Position numbers and translations under genes: made by a program. A stretch of 61,585 nt of DNA, taken from contig CP070761.1 of assembly GCA_020348985.1 (NCBI GenBank), positions 2,009,492 through 2,071,076 on the forward strand, read 5' to 3'. Shown here in pieces: positions 29,199 through 38,734 of this stretch. The notes beneath the pieces were generated by a model. The model worked only from the letters and a program-made list of their open reading frames with translations. It searched no databases and was not told the origin of the DNA. The stretch comes from Candidatus Thorarchaeota archaeon (GTDB lineage Archaea; Asgardarchaeota; Thorarchaeia; Thorarchaeales; Thorarchaeaceae). Position 1 is the stretch's first letter. Each line of letters starts with the position of its first letter.

Positions 29199-30128
29199 GA
29201 GCTCCAGTACGTCTCCGACCGTCGCGCTTTTCCTGAATCCCAAGGGCTTCCTAGGAATCAACGTAATAGGAGGAGATCCTCGATGAGATTGTCTCCGAGT
29301 GAGTGTGAAGAAGGATAATCCATGAATCTCATCACCGTTCAACATGAATCTCAACCGTTCATTCGAATCAAAGACAAAGGAGTCTTTTCTTTCACTCCTA
29401 CCCAGTCCGATTAGTGTATTCCAGAGAACCACATCGCCGCTACCGTAGTCTGCAAGACCATGAAGGCCTCCAAAGGAATAGTGTGCAATTCCCGCGTCAA
29501 GAATCCCGAAGTTCCCTGAATGGCCAGAGAAAGCTGCATGGCCACGGAGGTCTCCCGACTTGATGTATTGGATTCTCGGGCAATAGGCCACCATGAAATC
29601 ATCACCGACTTCAAGTACCTCTACTGCGAGGGGCCACCCTCCAAATGAGCCGTGCAACGTTCCAGGTTTGAAACGGGTTTGAAGAACACTTGATTTTGTC
29701 GATCGCACAAAGTGTTTATCTTTCATGACTTCGACATGATAGTGCGCTCCAGTCCAGCGACAGAAGAAACGGGACCTGACTATGGACCCGATTTCATCGC
29801 CTGCCTCCACAGAATCACCTTCCTTCACATTGGGCCTACAATGGAGCACTCGCACAAGCAAGCTTTCATAATCTATGGGCTGAATCCCGATTCCATAGTC
29901 CTCCGCTTCGGAAGCAAACTGCTTCTTTCGACCCATCTTGATCTTCTTGATCTTGACTACCGTTCCATCAACAGGAGAGAAGGCGGGACCATTCCATTCT
30001 CTGTGTGCAGGGTAGATATCTACCGCAGTCCTCAATTCATGCCCCGGATATGGGCTGTCGAAGAATGAGAAGTAGGCATCATCAGGAGCTAGGATGTCCA
30101 CCCCTGATGCATTGCCCAAGACTCTCAT
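29181..30128 (-). CDS. Archaeal protein with M23-peptidase-like N-terminal domain
   Basis: H..AVDIY, SPVDGTV, LH..PNVKEGDSVEAGDEIG, HYHVEV. Confidence 0.6.
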   Translation of the reverse strand: MRVLGNASGVDILAPDDAYFSFFDSPYPGHELRTAVDIYPAHREWNGPAFSPVDGTVVKIKKIKMGRKKQFASEAEDYGIGIQPIDYESLLVRVLHCRPNVKEGDSVEAGDEIGSIVRSRFFCRWTGAHYHVEVMKDKHFVRSTKSSVLQTRFKPGTLHGSFGGWPLAVEVLEVGDDFMVAYCPRIQYIKSGDLRGHAAFSGHSGNFGILDAGIAHYSFGGLHGLADYGSGDVVLWNTLIGLGRSERKDSFVFDSNERLRFMLNGDEIHGLSFFTLTRRQSHRGSPPITLIPRKPLGFRKSATVGDVLELSSVLR

Positions 30129-31498
30129 TTCAGTCCCTTCGCAGCTGTGTAAATCGGCTCAATTTGCTTCTTCCAGTCCGCCAAACCGGCAGGGGAGTTA
30201 GGATACTTTCTATAGACTTCCTTAATCCCTTCCATCAGCTTGGCCACCTTGTTGACCCTCATCAACAGTGGAACCTTTCCTATGCCTGCGACCAGCCGCT
30301 TCAGCTTCTCTCCAGTACCGAAACGAACCTTGCCAGTCATGCTAGTATCAAGAAGGTCATCAGCTTTCACAATCCCTTTCTTGAATGCGAAGTCTATCTC
30401 TTCGTTTGTGACATTCAGGAGGAACCACCTAAAGACATCTAGTGAAGCTTGTTTGATACCATAGCTCTCCATGTATCGTGGATTGTATGGCCAGAGAGAT
30501 TCGATAGAAGTGTCATTGCACTCCAGAGCTTCCGATGCCGTGATGCCCGCATGTGCTCCGCCCAACATAGAACTGCCGATTCCGCCCCCGTGAATCGGGT
30601 TGACCTGAGCTCCAGAATCTCCTACCAACATGAAATTGTCATCAACAAGGGTGTCGATAGGTCTCCGTACGGGTGCAATCCCTCCGCTACTGTCTAGTTC
30701 AACAAGATTCGTCTTCATGAAGTCGAAAGTCGTTCTAACAAAGCTGTCGTAAATCTCTTGGGGCTTGCGGTGACCAGGCAGAATCATGAGTCCAAGGCCC
30801 ACGTTGACACGATTCTTCCCTTGTGGGAAGACCCAGGTGTAGCCTCCAGGTGTTTGATCCTGATCCCAGTATATCTCCAAGAACTCAGGTGTGTCAAATG
30901 TATAGTCGGGCGTCTCGTAGACATCTCGCCAGGCAACCATCATGTCCTCTTTCGCGACAACTCTTTCGACAGGAGAGGACTCTGGAAGCTGACGACGAAG
31001 CATTCCAGTTGCTCCTGTGGCATCGATCACGATTCTAGCGGTGAGGTCTGTATCACTCTCACCCGTAGTTAGAACTCTCACACCGCTCACTCTGTCTTGG
31101 TCAAACAACAGCTTCTTTGCTCTGGTCGAGGCCCTTACTTCGGCACCAGCACCTTCAGCAAGATTGACGAACCACTGACCCATCTTATGTCTGTTAAAGG
31201 AGAAACCTGTTGTAGTTGGTCCAGTCATTCTCAGTCTGTTCTCTCTGTCAGGGGCGATTATGTCAATTCCTGCCACATCATATTCGATTATGTCCCTCGG
31301 AAGGTCTGGAATTCCAATGAGATTCTTCAGCTCTTTGAGATGATGGGACCCTAGTGCGTCACCACATGTCTTGTATCCAATCTTCTCCCTCTCTTTGCTA
31401 TCAATCAAGAGAACTGAATGTCCTCGCTTAGCAAGAGTGTATGCTACAGTAGAGCCGCCAGTACCGGCTCCAGCAACTATAACGTCGTAGTCCACCAA
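30125..31498 (-). CDS. Digeranylgeranylglycerophospholipid (geranylgeranyl) reductase family
   Basis: GAGTGG, KTCGDA, PGGYTWVFP, VGDSGAQVNPIHGGGI; TTG start at 31498 after GAAGGAGG. Confidence 0.9.
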   Translation of the reverse strand: MVDYDVIVAGAGTGGSTVAYTLAKRGHSVLLIDSKEREKIGYKTCGDALGSHHLKELKNLIGIPDLPRDIIEYDVAGIDIIAPDRENRLRMTGPTTTGFSFNRHKMGQWFVNLAEGAGAEVRASTRAKKLLFDQDRVSGVRVLTTGESDTDLTARIVIDATGATGMLRRQLPESSPVERVVAKEDMMVAWRDVYETPDYTFDTPEFLEIYWDQDQTPGGYTWVFPQGKNRVNVGLGLMILPGHRKPQEIYDSFVRTTFDFMKTNLVELDSSGGIAPVRRPIDTLVDDNFMLVGDSGAQVNPIHGGGIGSSMLGGAHAGITASEALECNDTSIESLWPYNPRYMESYGIKQASLDVFRWFLLNVTNEEIDFAFKKGIVKADDLLDTSMTGKVRFGTGEKLKRLVAGIGKVPLLMRVNKVAKLMEGIKEVYRKYPNSPAGLADWKKQIEPIYTAAKGLK

Positions 31499-31500
31499 TC

Positions 31501-32235
31501 TTATGCCTCCTTCGACAATCCCCACGTTTGATTGAGAAACTCCTCTAGTTGGTGTGCAATCATCGGGATATCAGCCCACCCACAAACGGAGAAATCGGGC
31601 ATCGCGATCAATGCCTCGTCACTGTCTGTAATGAGATTGATTGCTAGAGTGTTTCTCTTCAGACGAATTTCGGCCTCGAATTCAATCTTAGAGGGCTTCT
31701 CTCCTGCAATGATTCGAATCTTCACTCCCCGCTTGGCTGCATGCTCCAAAGATTCGAGGAAGCTACCTTCGAGCTCAGAAAGACAGGAAGCAACAAACAT
31801 GATTGAAGTTTTGGCCTTTGCCACCATATTGTGCATTTTTGCCAAGACGTCGGCCTGTCCTCGAATAGTATAGATCAAAGTGGGCAACGGTTCGAGTTTC
31901 GAACGCTCAGCCTGTAGCTTCTCCAGGTCATCTATCAACTGTGTCACTCGTGTCGAGAACATATCTTCAACGTGTGAGAGAGAAGCAAACTCATAGGTTC
32001 TTGGCCTAGCGCCAGTTCTTACCACAAGGCCACGTTTGTCAAGTGACTCAAGCACACCATACAAGTTGGCATGATGAATACCAGTAGCTTCAGAAATCTC
32101 AGCCACAGTACAGGAGCCAGTTCGATTCAGTGATAGTATAACCTCTGTCTCGTGAGCTCCGAAACCCAACTCCCGCAGCAACCTTACGGCTCTTAGCGCT
32201 GTGCTCTCATGTGCTTCATATACAGCCCCGGTCAT
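31501..32235 (-). CDS. trmB: TrmB-family transcriptional regulator
   Basis: LRELGF..E, EISEATGI...LYGVLESLDKRGLV, PRTY; C-terminal KRGVKIRII effector domain. Confidence 0.88.
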   Translation of the reverse strand: MTGAVYEAHESTALRAVRLLRELGFGAHETEVILSLNRTGSCTVAEISEATGIHHANLYGVLESLDKRGLVVRTGARPRTYEFASLSHVEDMFSTRVTQLIDDLEKLQAERSKLEPLPTLIYTIRGQADVLAKMHNMVAKAKTSIMFVASCLSELEGSFLESLEHAAKRGVKIRIIAGEKPSKIEFEAEIRLKRNTLAINLITDSDEALIAMPDFSVCGWADIPMIAHQLEEFLNQTWGLSKEA

Positions 32236-32262
32236 TGCAATTTTATGTGCAATTACTAATAC

Positions 32263-33198
32263 TTAATCCTTTCGCAATGCAAACCCAGTCAGGATTTCCT
32301 TCACAATGTCACGAGCAAGCACAGCAGTCATGCCAGTCTTATCGAGAAGGGGATTGAGCTCTACGAGGTCTGCATAGAGAACCTTCCCAGTGTCAAAACA
32401 TGCACGAAGCAATTGGAATATCTCCACGGAATCGAGTCCACCGGACTCAGGATGACCTACGCCAGGTGCAATATCCGGTCTCATGACATCCAGGTCTATT
32501 GAGACGTAAATCCTATCGACTTCCTTGCTGAGCTCCTTAATTCCCTCTGAGAAGGATTCGGTTGAGAGGTTTACCATTGCTCCACCATCCGCCAACGTAT
32601 TTCGCTGGTCCGGGAGGGCAGACCTCAGGTCGTGCGCCAAGACATGCGACATCTCCACTAGCTTGTCCTCTATAATCCGTCGCAGGGTTGTTGCATGTGA
32701 AATCGGATGACCATCATAAGACTCGTACAGGTCAGCATGCGCATCCAGGTAGACAAGGCCCACATTGTCCTTGGACCCCCGAGCAATGCCTCTCAGTATC
32801 GGATAGGTGATGAAGTGGTCTCCACCCAGGAAAAGCAATCGAGCCTCATGTTTGACAAGTCTTGCGGTAGCCTCAGATATATCAACAATAGCTGATTCCG
32901 GAGGCCGTCCGGTGACCTCCAAATCACCGATATCCTCAAGAGTAATCAACTTCGAGAGCGGCTTGAGCTCTCTGTCATGGGTTGTTCCTGCTTGGATTGG
33001 GTATGTGTGTGACCGTTCTCTGTCAGTTGCGGCCCTGATTGCATCTGGACCGAATCTGGCCCCGGGCGCATAACTCGAAGTCATGTCATATGGAATCCCT
33101 AGGACTCCAACATCAGGATCCTGTACTTCAGGTTCAGGAATGCCAAAGAACGATCTTGGAGGCTTCAAAAAACCATTCAGGTCATCACGAAGGGGCAT
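32263..33198 (-). CDS. speB: Agmatinase / ureohydrolase
   Basis: GIPYD, PGARFGP, GGDH, DAHAD, SIDLDV, PGVG.PE.GG, DLVELNP. Confidence 0.88.
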   Translation of the reverse strand: MPLRDDLNGFLKPPRSFFGIPEPEVQDPDVGVLGIPYDMTSSYAPGARFGPDAIRAATDRERSHTYPIQAGTTHDRELKPLSKLITLEDIGDLEVTGRPPESAIVDISEATARLVKHEARLLFLGGDHFITYPILRGIARGSKDNVGLVYLDAHADLYESYDGHPISHATTLRRIIEDKLVEMSHVLAHDLRSALPDQRNTLADGGAMVNLSTESFSEGIKELSKEVDRIYVSIDLDVMRPDIAPGVGHPESGGLDSVEIFQLLRACFDTGKVLYADLVELNPLLDKTGMTAVLARDIVKEILTGFALRKD

Positions 33199-33259
33199 GA
33201 TACTCCACTGCGCTAGTGGACAGAATACATCAGATAAAAGTGATGCAACACCTGGTTTG

Positions 33260-33307
33260 AAGAAAGAGAAGGAATGACTCCCGGACGACTTTGTGTATCC
33301 GAGAGTC
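33260..33307 (-). terminator. 11-bp hairpin followed by a pyrimidine tract
   Basis: GACTCTCGGAT-N10-GTCCGGGAGTC (2 G.U pairs on the minus strand) then ATTCCTTCTCTTTCTT; 10 nt after the 33318 stop. Confidence 0.6.
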
Positions 33308-33317
33308 TCTTTGGATT

Positions 33318-34973
33318 CTAGATCCCGTAAGTGTCTTGTCTACCGCCGCCTCCGCGTACGATTCCAGCAATGCTGTAGATTGCAGTCAGGCCAAACAGAG
33401 CACCAATTCCGAGAGTGATCTCTGGGAAGTTGGCCATGGCATCTGAAAGCAACTGCCCAGCGAAGGCAGTCGGCTCAGGCTCGACTGTGAATCCGTGATC
33501 CACTGTGTCCTTGTCATAGGTTGTAGCATCATAGGTATAGTTCACTTTCGCTCCTGGGAAGAGGTAGGCTCCCTCATTAGCGAATGTGACTGTATACTGC
33601 ATCGATTCCGATTCTCCTGGAAGCAGTGTAGACACAGTTGTACTTGTAGTTCCTGTTACGGATGCAGAGGAATACAACAACTGGAACTCTACATCACTGA
33701 CCTCAACATCTGTGATTGAAACTCCACCATTATTGGTCACTGTAACAGTAACTACGATCGATCCCCCTACAGTTGCAGTTCCTGGAGCGAATGTCCTTTC
33801 TATGGAAACCTCAGGTGGAAACTCGTGGTCATCGAAGAAAATCTCGTAGTCGCTTTGAACGCCGAGTCCACTTGCATTCCAGAAGACTAGCGAACTTCCA
33901 GGCTCATGGTATGACAGATTGGCAACGCTTGGTGAGTATCCAGTGATATTCACTTCAACTGGCATGTTGGAGACCACATAGGAGTGCTCACTCATTGGAG
34001 TTATGGAACCTGTGGCACCGATGAGCTCAGCGAGGCTTAGACTTGTGTCATCAATCGTCAGAACCTGATCATCGATGTATCCGACAGCCGCAATGGCAAG
34101 AGGACCATCGAGCATAGGAAACTGAGCAACAGCGAAGTCAGAAAGCGGAGTTGGTGGTTCCTCTTCTCCGCCACCAAACAAGTCATTGAAGATACCCATG
34201 TCAGGAATGGCGAGGAGCCCTGCGGCAGACCCTCGGTTATCTGTGAATTTCGTCGAATCCATGGACCCCAGAATTCCAGATGTGTCAAGGCCATCCATAA
34301 TGGCAGTCAAGGTGTCCGCGAACTCGTTTACAATATTGTAGACGTAGATGTCCAACGAATCAAAAGGAAGTTGAACATCCACGTCGGGAGGGATGATTGA
34401 CTCATCAATCCTGAGCGTGAAGAGTTCTGTAAAACTCAGACCAAACAAGCTGTCGAGTCGGCCTAGTACTTGGCTCATTCTCGAGTTTGCGGTAGCCGCG
34501 TCAAGATTGAGATATGCGCTAAAGAGCAGGCCGAAGTCTGTGCCAATCATCTGAAGGATTTGGGATGGGTCAGGCAGACCTCCTTCAAACTGTTGGGCTG
34601 TTATTTGACCGTCGGTTAACTTCGAAGAGGCATTCAGGAATTGCCCCCCAATAAGATTCAGGGCGTATTCGAGCAGTTCGCCCTGCGTAGCAATGAGAGC
34701 GAATGCCATATTGCCGTCAAACATTTCATCAGACAAACCCAGGTCCTCTGATGGCAGACCCAGTTGTCCGTAGATGACAGCTGGTGCTCCCTCCGAATCT
34801 ATGTTCGTCAGAAGAAGCTCCGCGCCTGTATCAAGTAGCTCGGTGAAGAACTGACCAATGTCGTCTACTTGGTCGGGCTCCACCTGAATGCTGTCAAAAG
34901 CTGCAGCTGCCGGACTGGCTATGAGAATAGCCATCATCACAATGACAAATGCGTGCGTGATTCTTATCTTCAT
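33318..34973 (-). CDS. Acidic secreted surface protein with CARDB/DUF11-like Ig domain and C-terminal TM
   Basis: Signal peptide; VTVTVTNNG..ITDVEVSD...LLPGES...YTV; TM then short tail. Confidence 0.75.
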   Translation of the reverse strand: MKIRITHAFVIVMMAILIASPAAAAFDSIQVEPDQVDDIGQFFTELLDTGAELLLTNIDSEGAPAVIYGQLGLPSEDLGLSDEMFDGNMAFALIATQGELLEYALNLIGGQFLNASSKLTDGQITAQQFEGGLPDPSQILQMIGTDFGLLFSAYLNLDAATANSRMSQVLGRLDSLFGLSFTELFTLRIDESIIPPDVDVQLPFDSLDIYVYNIVNEFADTLTAIMDGLDTSGILGSMDSTKFTDNRGSAAGLLAIPDMGIFNDLFGGGEEEPPTPLSDFAVAQFPMLDGPLAIAAVGYIDDQVLTIDDTSLSLAELIGATGSITPMSEHSYVVSNMPVEVNITGYSPSVANLSYHEPGSSLVFWNASGLGVQSDYEIFFDDHEFPPEVSIERTFAPGTATVGGSIVVTVTVTNNGGVSITDVEVSDVEFQLLYSSASVTGTTSTTVSTLLPGESESMQYTVTFANEGAYLFPGAKVNYTYDATTYDKDTVDHGFTVEPEPTAFAGQLLSDAMANFPEITLGIGALFGLTAIYSIAGIVRGGGGRQDTYGI

Positions 34974-34980
34974 TTTTGAT

Positions 34981-35559
34981 TCACTCCTTTGGGCGAACGA
35001 CGGCGCCGATTATCCCACCAACTACGATCGCAATAACAGGTGCAAATACAAACACCAGAAACGGTGCTATGATGGAAAACAGGTTCAAACTTGCACCTCC
35101 GCCTCCAGCGAACCCGCCCATGACTGATAGCAGTGTGCTGAGCAAATCTGATACAAGCGGTATTGATAGAAGATCGGCCAGCGAATATCCAGGTGGAACC
35201 GGTGGCAGTGCAAGTGGATTGAATCCGCCCATCATCAGCATATACACTGAGAATACAGTGAGTACTAGGCAAGATATCCATGCCATGAACCCTACAACAA
35301 ATGCACCCTTCTTGGTACCTGCAATCACCCCGCCAATGAAACCTGCACCCACCCAGATTCCAAGCGACAGAAAGTTCGTCAATGGATTGAGGAGTAGGAG
35401 GCTTGCCATGACTGCTAGTGGTCGCACATAGTTGCCGAAGTAGGGCGAGTATAGTGCGATCAGAGTATTCCAGCCCTCGGGCAGCAGTATCCATCCCAGG
35501 CCGACGACAAGACCAAAGGCTGCTAAGTATCCGAAGAATTTCGAGCCAAAACCCATCAT
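34981..35559 (-). CDS. Membrane protein (4-5 TM)
   Basis: Hydrophobic Gly-rich helices; ends 7 nt before the surface-protein gene. Confidence 0.75.
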   Translation of the reverse strand: MMGFGSKFFGYLAAFGLVVGLGWILLPEGWNTLIALYSPYFGNYVRPLAVMASLLLLNPLTNFLSLGIWVGAGFIGGVIAGTKKGAFVVGFMAWISCLVLTVFSVYMLMMGGFNPLALPPVPPGYSLADLLSIPLVSDLLSTLLSVMGGFAGGGGASLNLFSIIAPFLVFVFAPVIAIVVGGIIGAVVRPKE

Positions 35560-35685
35560 TGGGACCTCTTAAGACGTCTTACAGCAGTTATGTCTTAGAC
35601 TAGACGATATTAACGTATCTTGGGTGAAACAGATTCCTGCCGGCTGGAAAAACCCCAGAAGCTCGGAAAGGTAAAATAGACCGTC

Positions 35686-35708
35686 CGAATGACCTATGTT
35701 GTCATTCG
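35686..35708. promoter_or_regulatory. Perfect inverted repeat in a divergent intergenic region (candidate operator)
   Basis: CGAATGAC-N7-GTCATTCG. Confidence 0.45.
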
Positions 35709-35800
35709 ACACACAACTACTGAAAGGATATCCCTGCGGAGAGCACGGGGTTTTGTGTGCCGATAAACACAAGCAACTAGATAGTCGGTTGCGAGTAGAA

Positions 35801-36151
35801 ATGGACGACGACGAACTTGCTTCGATGTATGAACTTATCCAGCTTCTGTCGTCACTCAACGACACACGGAGATCAATTCTCCAAGCGCTGGCACATGTCT
35901 ACCCTCGAAGCGTGAGCGGCGTTCAGCTAAGCCGAATGATAGGCTATAGCGGGAAGTCAAGAAGTCTCTATCGAGGCGTCTTGGCGCATATGGAGGAAAA
36001 CAACTTGATCTCGATAGATCAGTTGACACCGAGGCTCTATGCCATAAGGATTAACAACGAGCATCCTCTGCTTGATCTGCTTGTTGAGATATCGAGGAAG
36101 TATGGCGGCGCAACGAGGAAGATCTATCTAAGGTCACTGGAGGAAGAGTAG
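35801..36151 (+). CDS. Winged-helix DNA-binding protein
   Basis: DTRRSILQAL..SVSGVQLSRMIG...LAHMEENNLI; start MDDDE preferred over 35696. Confidence 0.72.
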   Translation: MDDDELASMYELIQLLSSLNDTRRSILQALAHVYPRSVSGVQLSRMIGYSGKSRSLYRGVLAHMEENNLISIDQLTPRLYAIRINNEHPLLDLLVEISRKYGGATRKIYLRSLEEE

Positions 36152-36748
36152 ATGGATAGGCTCCTGAAACGCGCACAGGGTTTGTATCTAGACAGACAAA
36201 GGATTGCCCTTTCCGCATTCATGGTTGTCTTTGTGGTTACTCTTTACATGTTCTATAGTCCCGGGATTGTGGGCATTGCTGAGCCGCCAGAGTGGTTCCC
36301 ACCAGGATGGTCGGAAGGTCTTGAAGTAGTAGCGTCATTCAACACAGTGGGCTTCCTCCTTGCCTTCGCAGTCATGGTCTTCGCCTATGGATTCTGGCAG
36401 TGGGCATTCCTGCCGACTCCAGCAGTCAGCTACACAAGAACAGTTCTTGCGGGCATCTTCGGTAGAGGCGCCAAAGTCACACAAACCATAGGGAAGCGGT
36501 TTCGAGTATTTCTTGACGGCGATGCATACGTAGACGTCACTTGTCGCATTCGTGGGCAAGGCTCAGGGAATTGGTTCGCCTATAGACTGACATCTTCGCC
36601 CATCAGTCGAACAGATGCTGAAGACATTGCATTGAGACATGGGATGTCAGTCAAGAAGGGGCGGTTTACGACTTGGATAAGCAATGAAGAACTCCATAGC
36701 AGGACTCTTCTGCTTGCCAAGGCGATGTATCTTGCATTGCACACTTGA
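36152..36748 (+). CDS. 2-TM membrane protein with soluble C-terminal domain
   Basis: Two TM helices; ATG directly abuts the upstream TAG. Confidence 0.72.
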   Translation: MDRLLKRAQGLYLDRQRIALSAFMVVFVVTLYMFYSPGIVGIAEPPEWFPPGWSEGLEVVASFNTVGFLLAFAVMVFAYGFWQWAFLPTPAVSYTRTVLAGIFGRGAKVTQTIGKRFRVFLDGDAYVDVTCRIRGQGSGNWFAYRLTSSPISRTDAEDIALRHGMSVKKGRFTTWISNEELHSRTLLLAKAMYLALHT

Positions 36749-36783
36749 AGTGTATTCGTTATCATGAACTCCCAGACATTCGA

Positions 36784-36796
36784 CAAAGCTATTTCT
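36784..36796 (+). promoter_or_regulatory. Candidate BRE/TATA-like promoter element
   Basis: CAAAGCTATTTCT; identical 13-mer at 47376-47388 upstream of the amino-acid ABC operon. Confidence 0.4.
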
Positions 36797-36830
36797 AGCC
36801 GAGTATATGGTAGATGTTAGTGGTATACTA

Positions 36831-37223
36831 ATGGCAATGCGCATCAGACGTACGATTGACATAGCCATGACCAACTATAGCGAGGTTGTTGGGGCATGTG
36901 CTTTCAGCTATGAAGGCAATATAGCTTATGCGACGGAGAACATGCAAATTCAGGATGACGTCCAAGCAATTCTCGAAGCCTGGAACACTGGGACATCATC
37001 CCTGCTCGTCAAGCACCTATCGTTCGTTGTTGCACAAGCGACGAACAACTCTTTCGTTGCGATAAACCCTGATGGCGCAATCTCACTCATATGCGGAACC
37101 GGTAAGGGTGTCTGGTTTGTGGCGATGTTTGCCCCGCTGGATGCCAACAAGAACGGAATTCTCAATGATTGCATTCAGGCGGCCAAGAACCTGGAAACCT
37201 CTGTTTCGATATTCGATGTTTAG
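36831..37223 (+). CDS. Asgard-type profilin
   Basis: G.A.fs.eG.I.yaTEN..I.dD pattern, SL.V..l.F.V, G...I, P.A....L....aAK.L resemble Lokiarchaeal profilins (TENWNIS motif); about 130 aa; start 36831 or 36807. Confidence 0.75.
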   Translation: MAMRIRRTIDIAMTNYSEVVGACAFSYEGNIAYATENMQIQDDVQAILEAWNTGTSSLLVKHLSFVVAQATNNSFVAINPDGAISLICGTGKGVWFVAMFAPLDANKNGILNDCIQAAKNLETSVSIFDV

Positions 37224-37231
37224 ATTTCAGT

Positions 37232-37696
37232 CTACCTGTCCACAAATGGTTTTTGTTCGGCAACAATCCGACCAAGGAGGGCCAGCATTCCTCCAATCCA
37301 TCCGAGAGACTGAATGATTTGCACCGTTAATCCCATTTGGAACATACCGGCCAGTCCACGTTGCACAAGGGACATAATCAAACTAAGGATCGCAGCCAAC
37401 ATCGCGACTAGAATCACATTTCGTCCTACTTCCACGCGTCTTGTCGTGAGTATCAGACCACCTATGATGATTCCTAGGCCACCCATGCTTGTGAGGACGG
37501 AAAGAATACCAATGGTGATTTTGAATGAGAGAACAGATTCGGGACCGAAAAGTGCGTCTAGACCATCAGTGAACTCACTGATTACTCCAAACGTGTCACT
37601 CACACCGGAGATTATTATCAGCACTCCTCCAATGAGACAAAGAATCATAGGATTCCTGTTGTGAATGTTCATCAAGGTGCGGTCCCGCCAGTCCAT
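37232..37696 (-). CDS. 4-TM membrane protein
   Basis: LIGGVLIIISG, GGLGIIIGG, LGWIGGML helices. Confidence 0.72.
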   Translation of the reverse strand: MDWRDRTLMNIHNRNPMILCLIGGVLIIISGVSDTFGVISEFTDGLDALFGPESVLSFKITIGILSVLTSMGGLGIIIGGLILTTRRVEVGRNVILVAMLAAILSLIMSLVQRGLAGMFQMGLTVQIIQSLGWIGGMLALLGRIVAEQKPFVDR

Positions 37697-37783
37697 CCCG
37701 GTCTTAAGATTGTCTAGTGCATCTTGACTTAAAGGTTGAGTCCAGACGCCTATTCAAGGCATACACCCATTATATTGCTCAGG

Positions 37784-38734
37784 TCACACTCTCACTTCTT
37801 TCTCGTAAGGTACAGCAATCCCTTTGGGAGGAATAGACCTTCTGATACCTGCGAGTGCAACGATGACAAGTGCGTATGGGAGAATCTTCACAAGATTGGT
37901 CAACGTAACCAACTCAGGTATAAGGATTGGAAAGATGAACTGCAGCCCAGTGACGAAACCAAAGAAAAGTCCCGCGAGGAAACAGCCAATGGGTGTCCAG
38001 TTCCCAAAGATGAGTGCAGCCAACGCAATGAATCCTTTACCTGCTGTCATACCCTTGCCAAATGCATTCTCGAAGCCAATGCTAAGATATGCACCACCTA
38101 GACCTGCAAGAGCTCCACTTAGGACAACACCAACAATCCGTGTCCACTCAACACTCACGCCCGCAGCATCGAGGGTACTAGGATCCTCTCCTGCTGCTCT
38201 CATTCGAAGACCGAAGGGCGTACGATAAAGCACATACCAGCTCAGAGCAGTTATGATGAACATGAAGTAGATAATCGGGGAGAGAGAACCAAATGCAGTA
38301 CCCAACATGGGGACATCTCGTAACTGTGGTATAACGACTTCAGGAATCCTTTCAACAGAATCAGACAGACCTTGTTTACCCCAAACCACTTGAAGTCCTA
38401 ACGTAGTTGATCCCAATCCAAACAGGATTATTCCAGTTCCACTCACAATATGGTTACCTTTGAATTTGACACAGACAATAGCATGCGCTCCAGCCAAAGC
38501 TCCACCTGCAATAACTGCAATAATCAGACCAAGCCAAGGACTGCCTACGTAATATGTTCCAGCAACAGCTGAAAAGGCTCCTACTAGCATCATGCCTTCC
38601 AGACCAATGTTCACTACACCAGTACGTTCTGAAAACATTCCGCCAAGCGCCGTTAGGACAAGGGGTGTTGCCATCTGCAATGTTGCTTTCAATAACCAGC
38701 CCATTAATTCGAGCATTGGATCTCCAGTTTGCAT
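37784..38734 (-). CDS. Nucleoside/simple-sugar ABC permease 2
   Basis: ATPLVLTALGGMFSERTGVVNIGLEG, GLRMRAAGE, GKGFIALAALIFGNW. Confidence 0.93.
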   Translation of the reverse strand: MQTGDPMLELMGWLLKATLQMATPLVLTALGGMFSERTGVVNIGLEGMMLVGAFSAVAGTYYVGSPWLGLIIAVIAGGALAGAHAIVCVKFKGNHIVSGTGIILFGLGSTTLGLQVVWGKQGLSDSVERIPEVVIPQLRDVPMLGTAFGSLSPIIYFMFIITALSWYVLYRTPFGLRMRAAGEDPSTLDAAGVSVEWTRIVGVVLSGALAGLGGAYLSIGFENAFGKGMTAGKGFIALAALIFGNWTPIGCFLAGLFFGFVTGLQFIFPILIPELVTLTNLVKILPYALVIVALAGIRRSIPPKGIAVPYEKEVRV

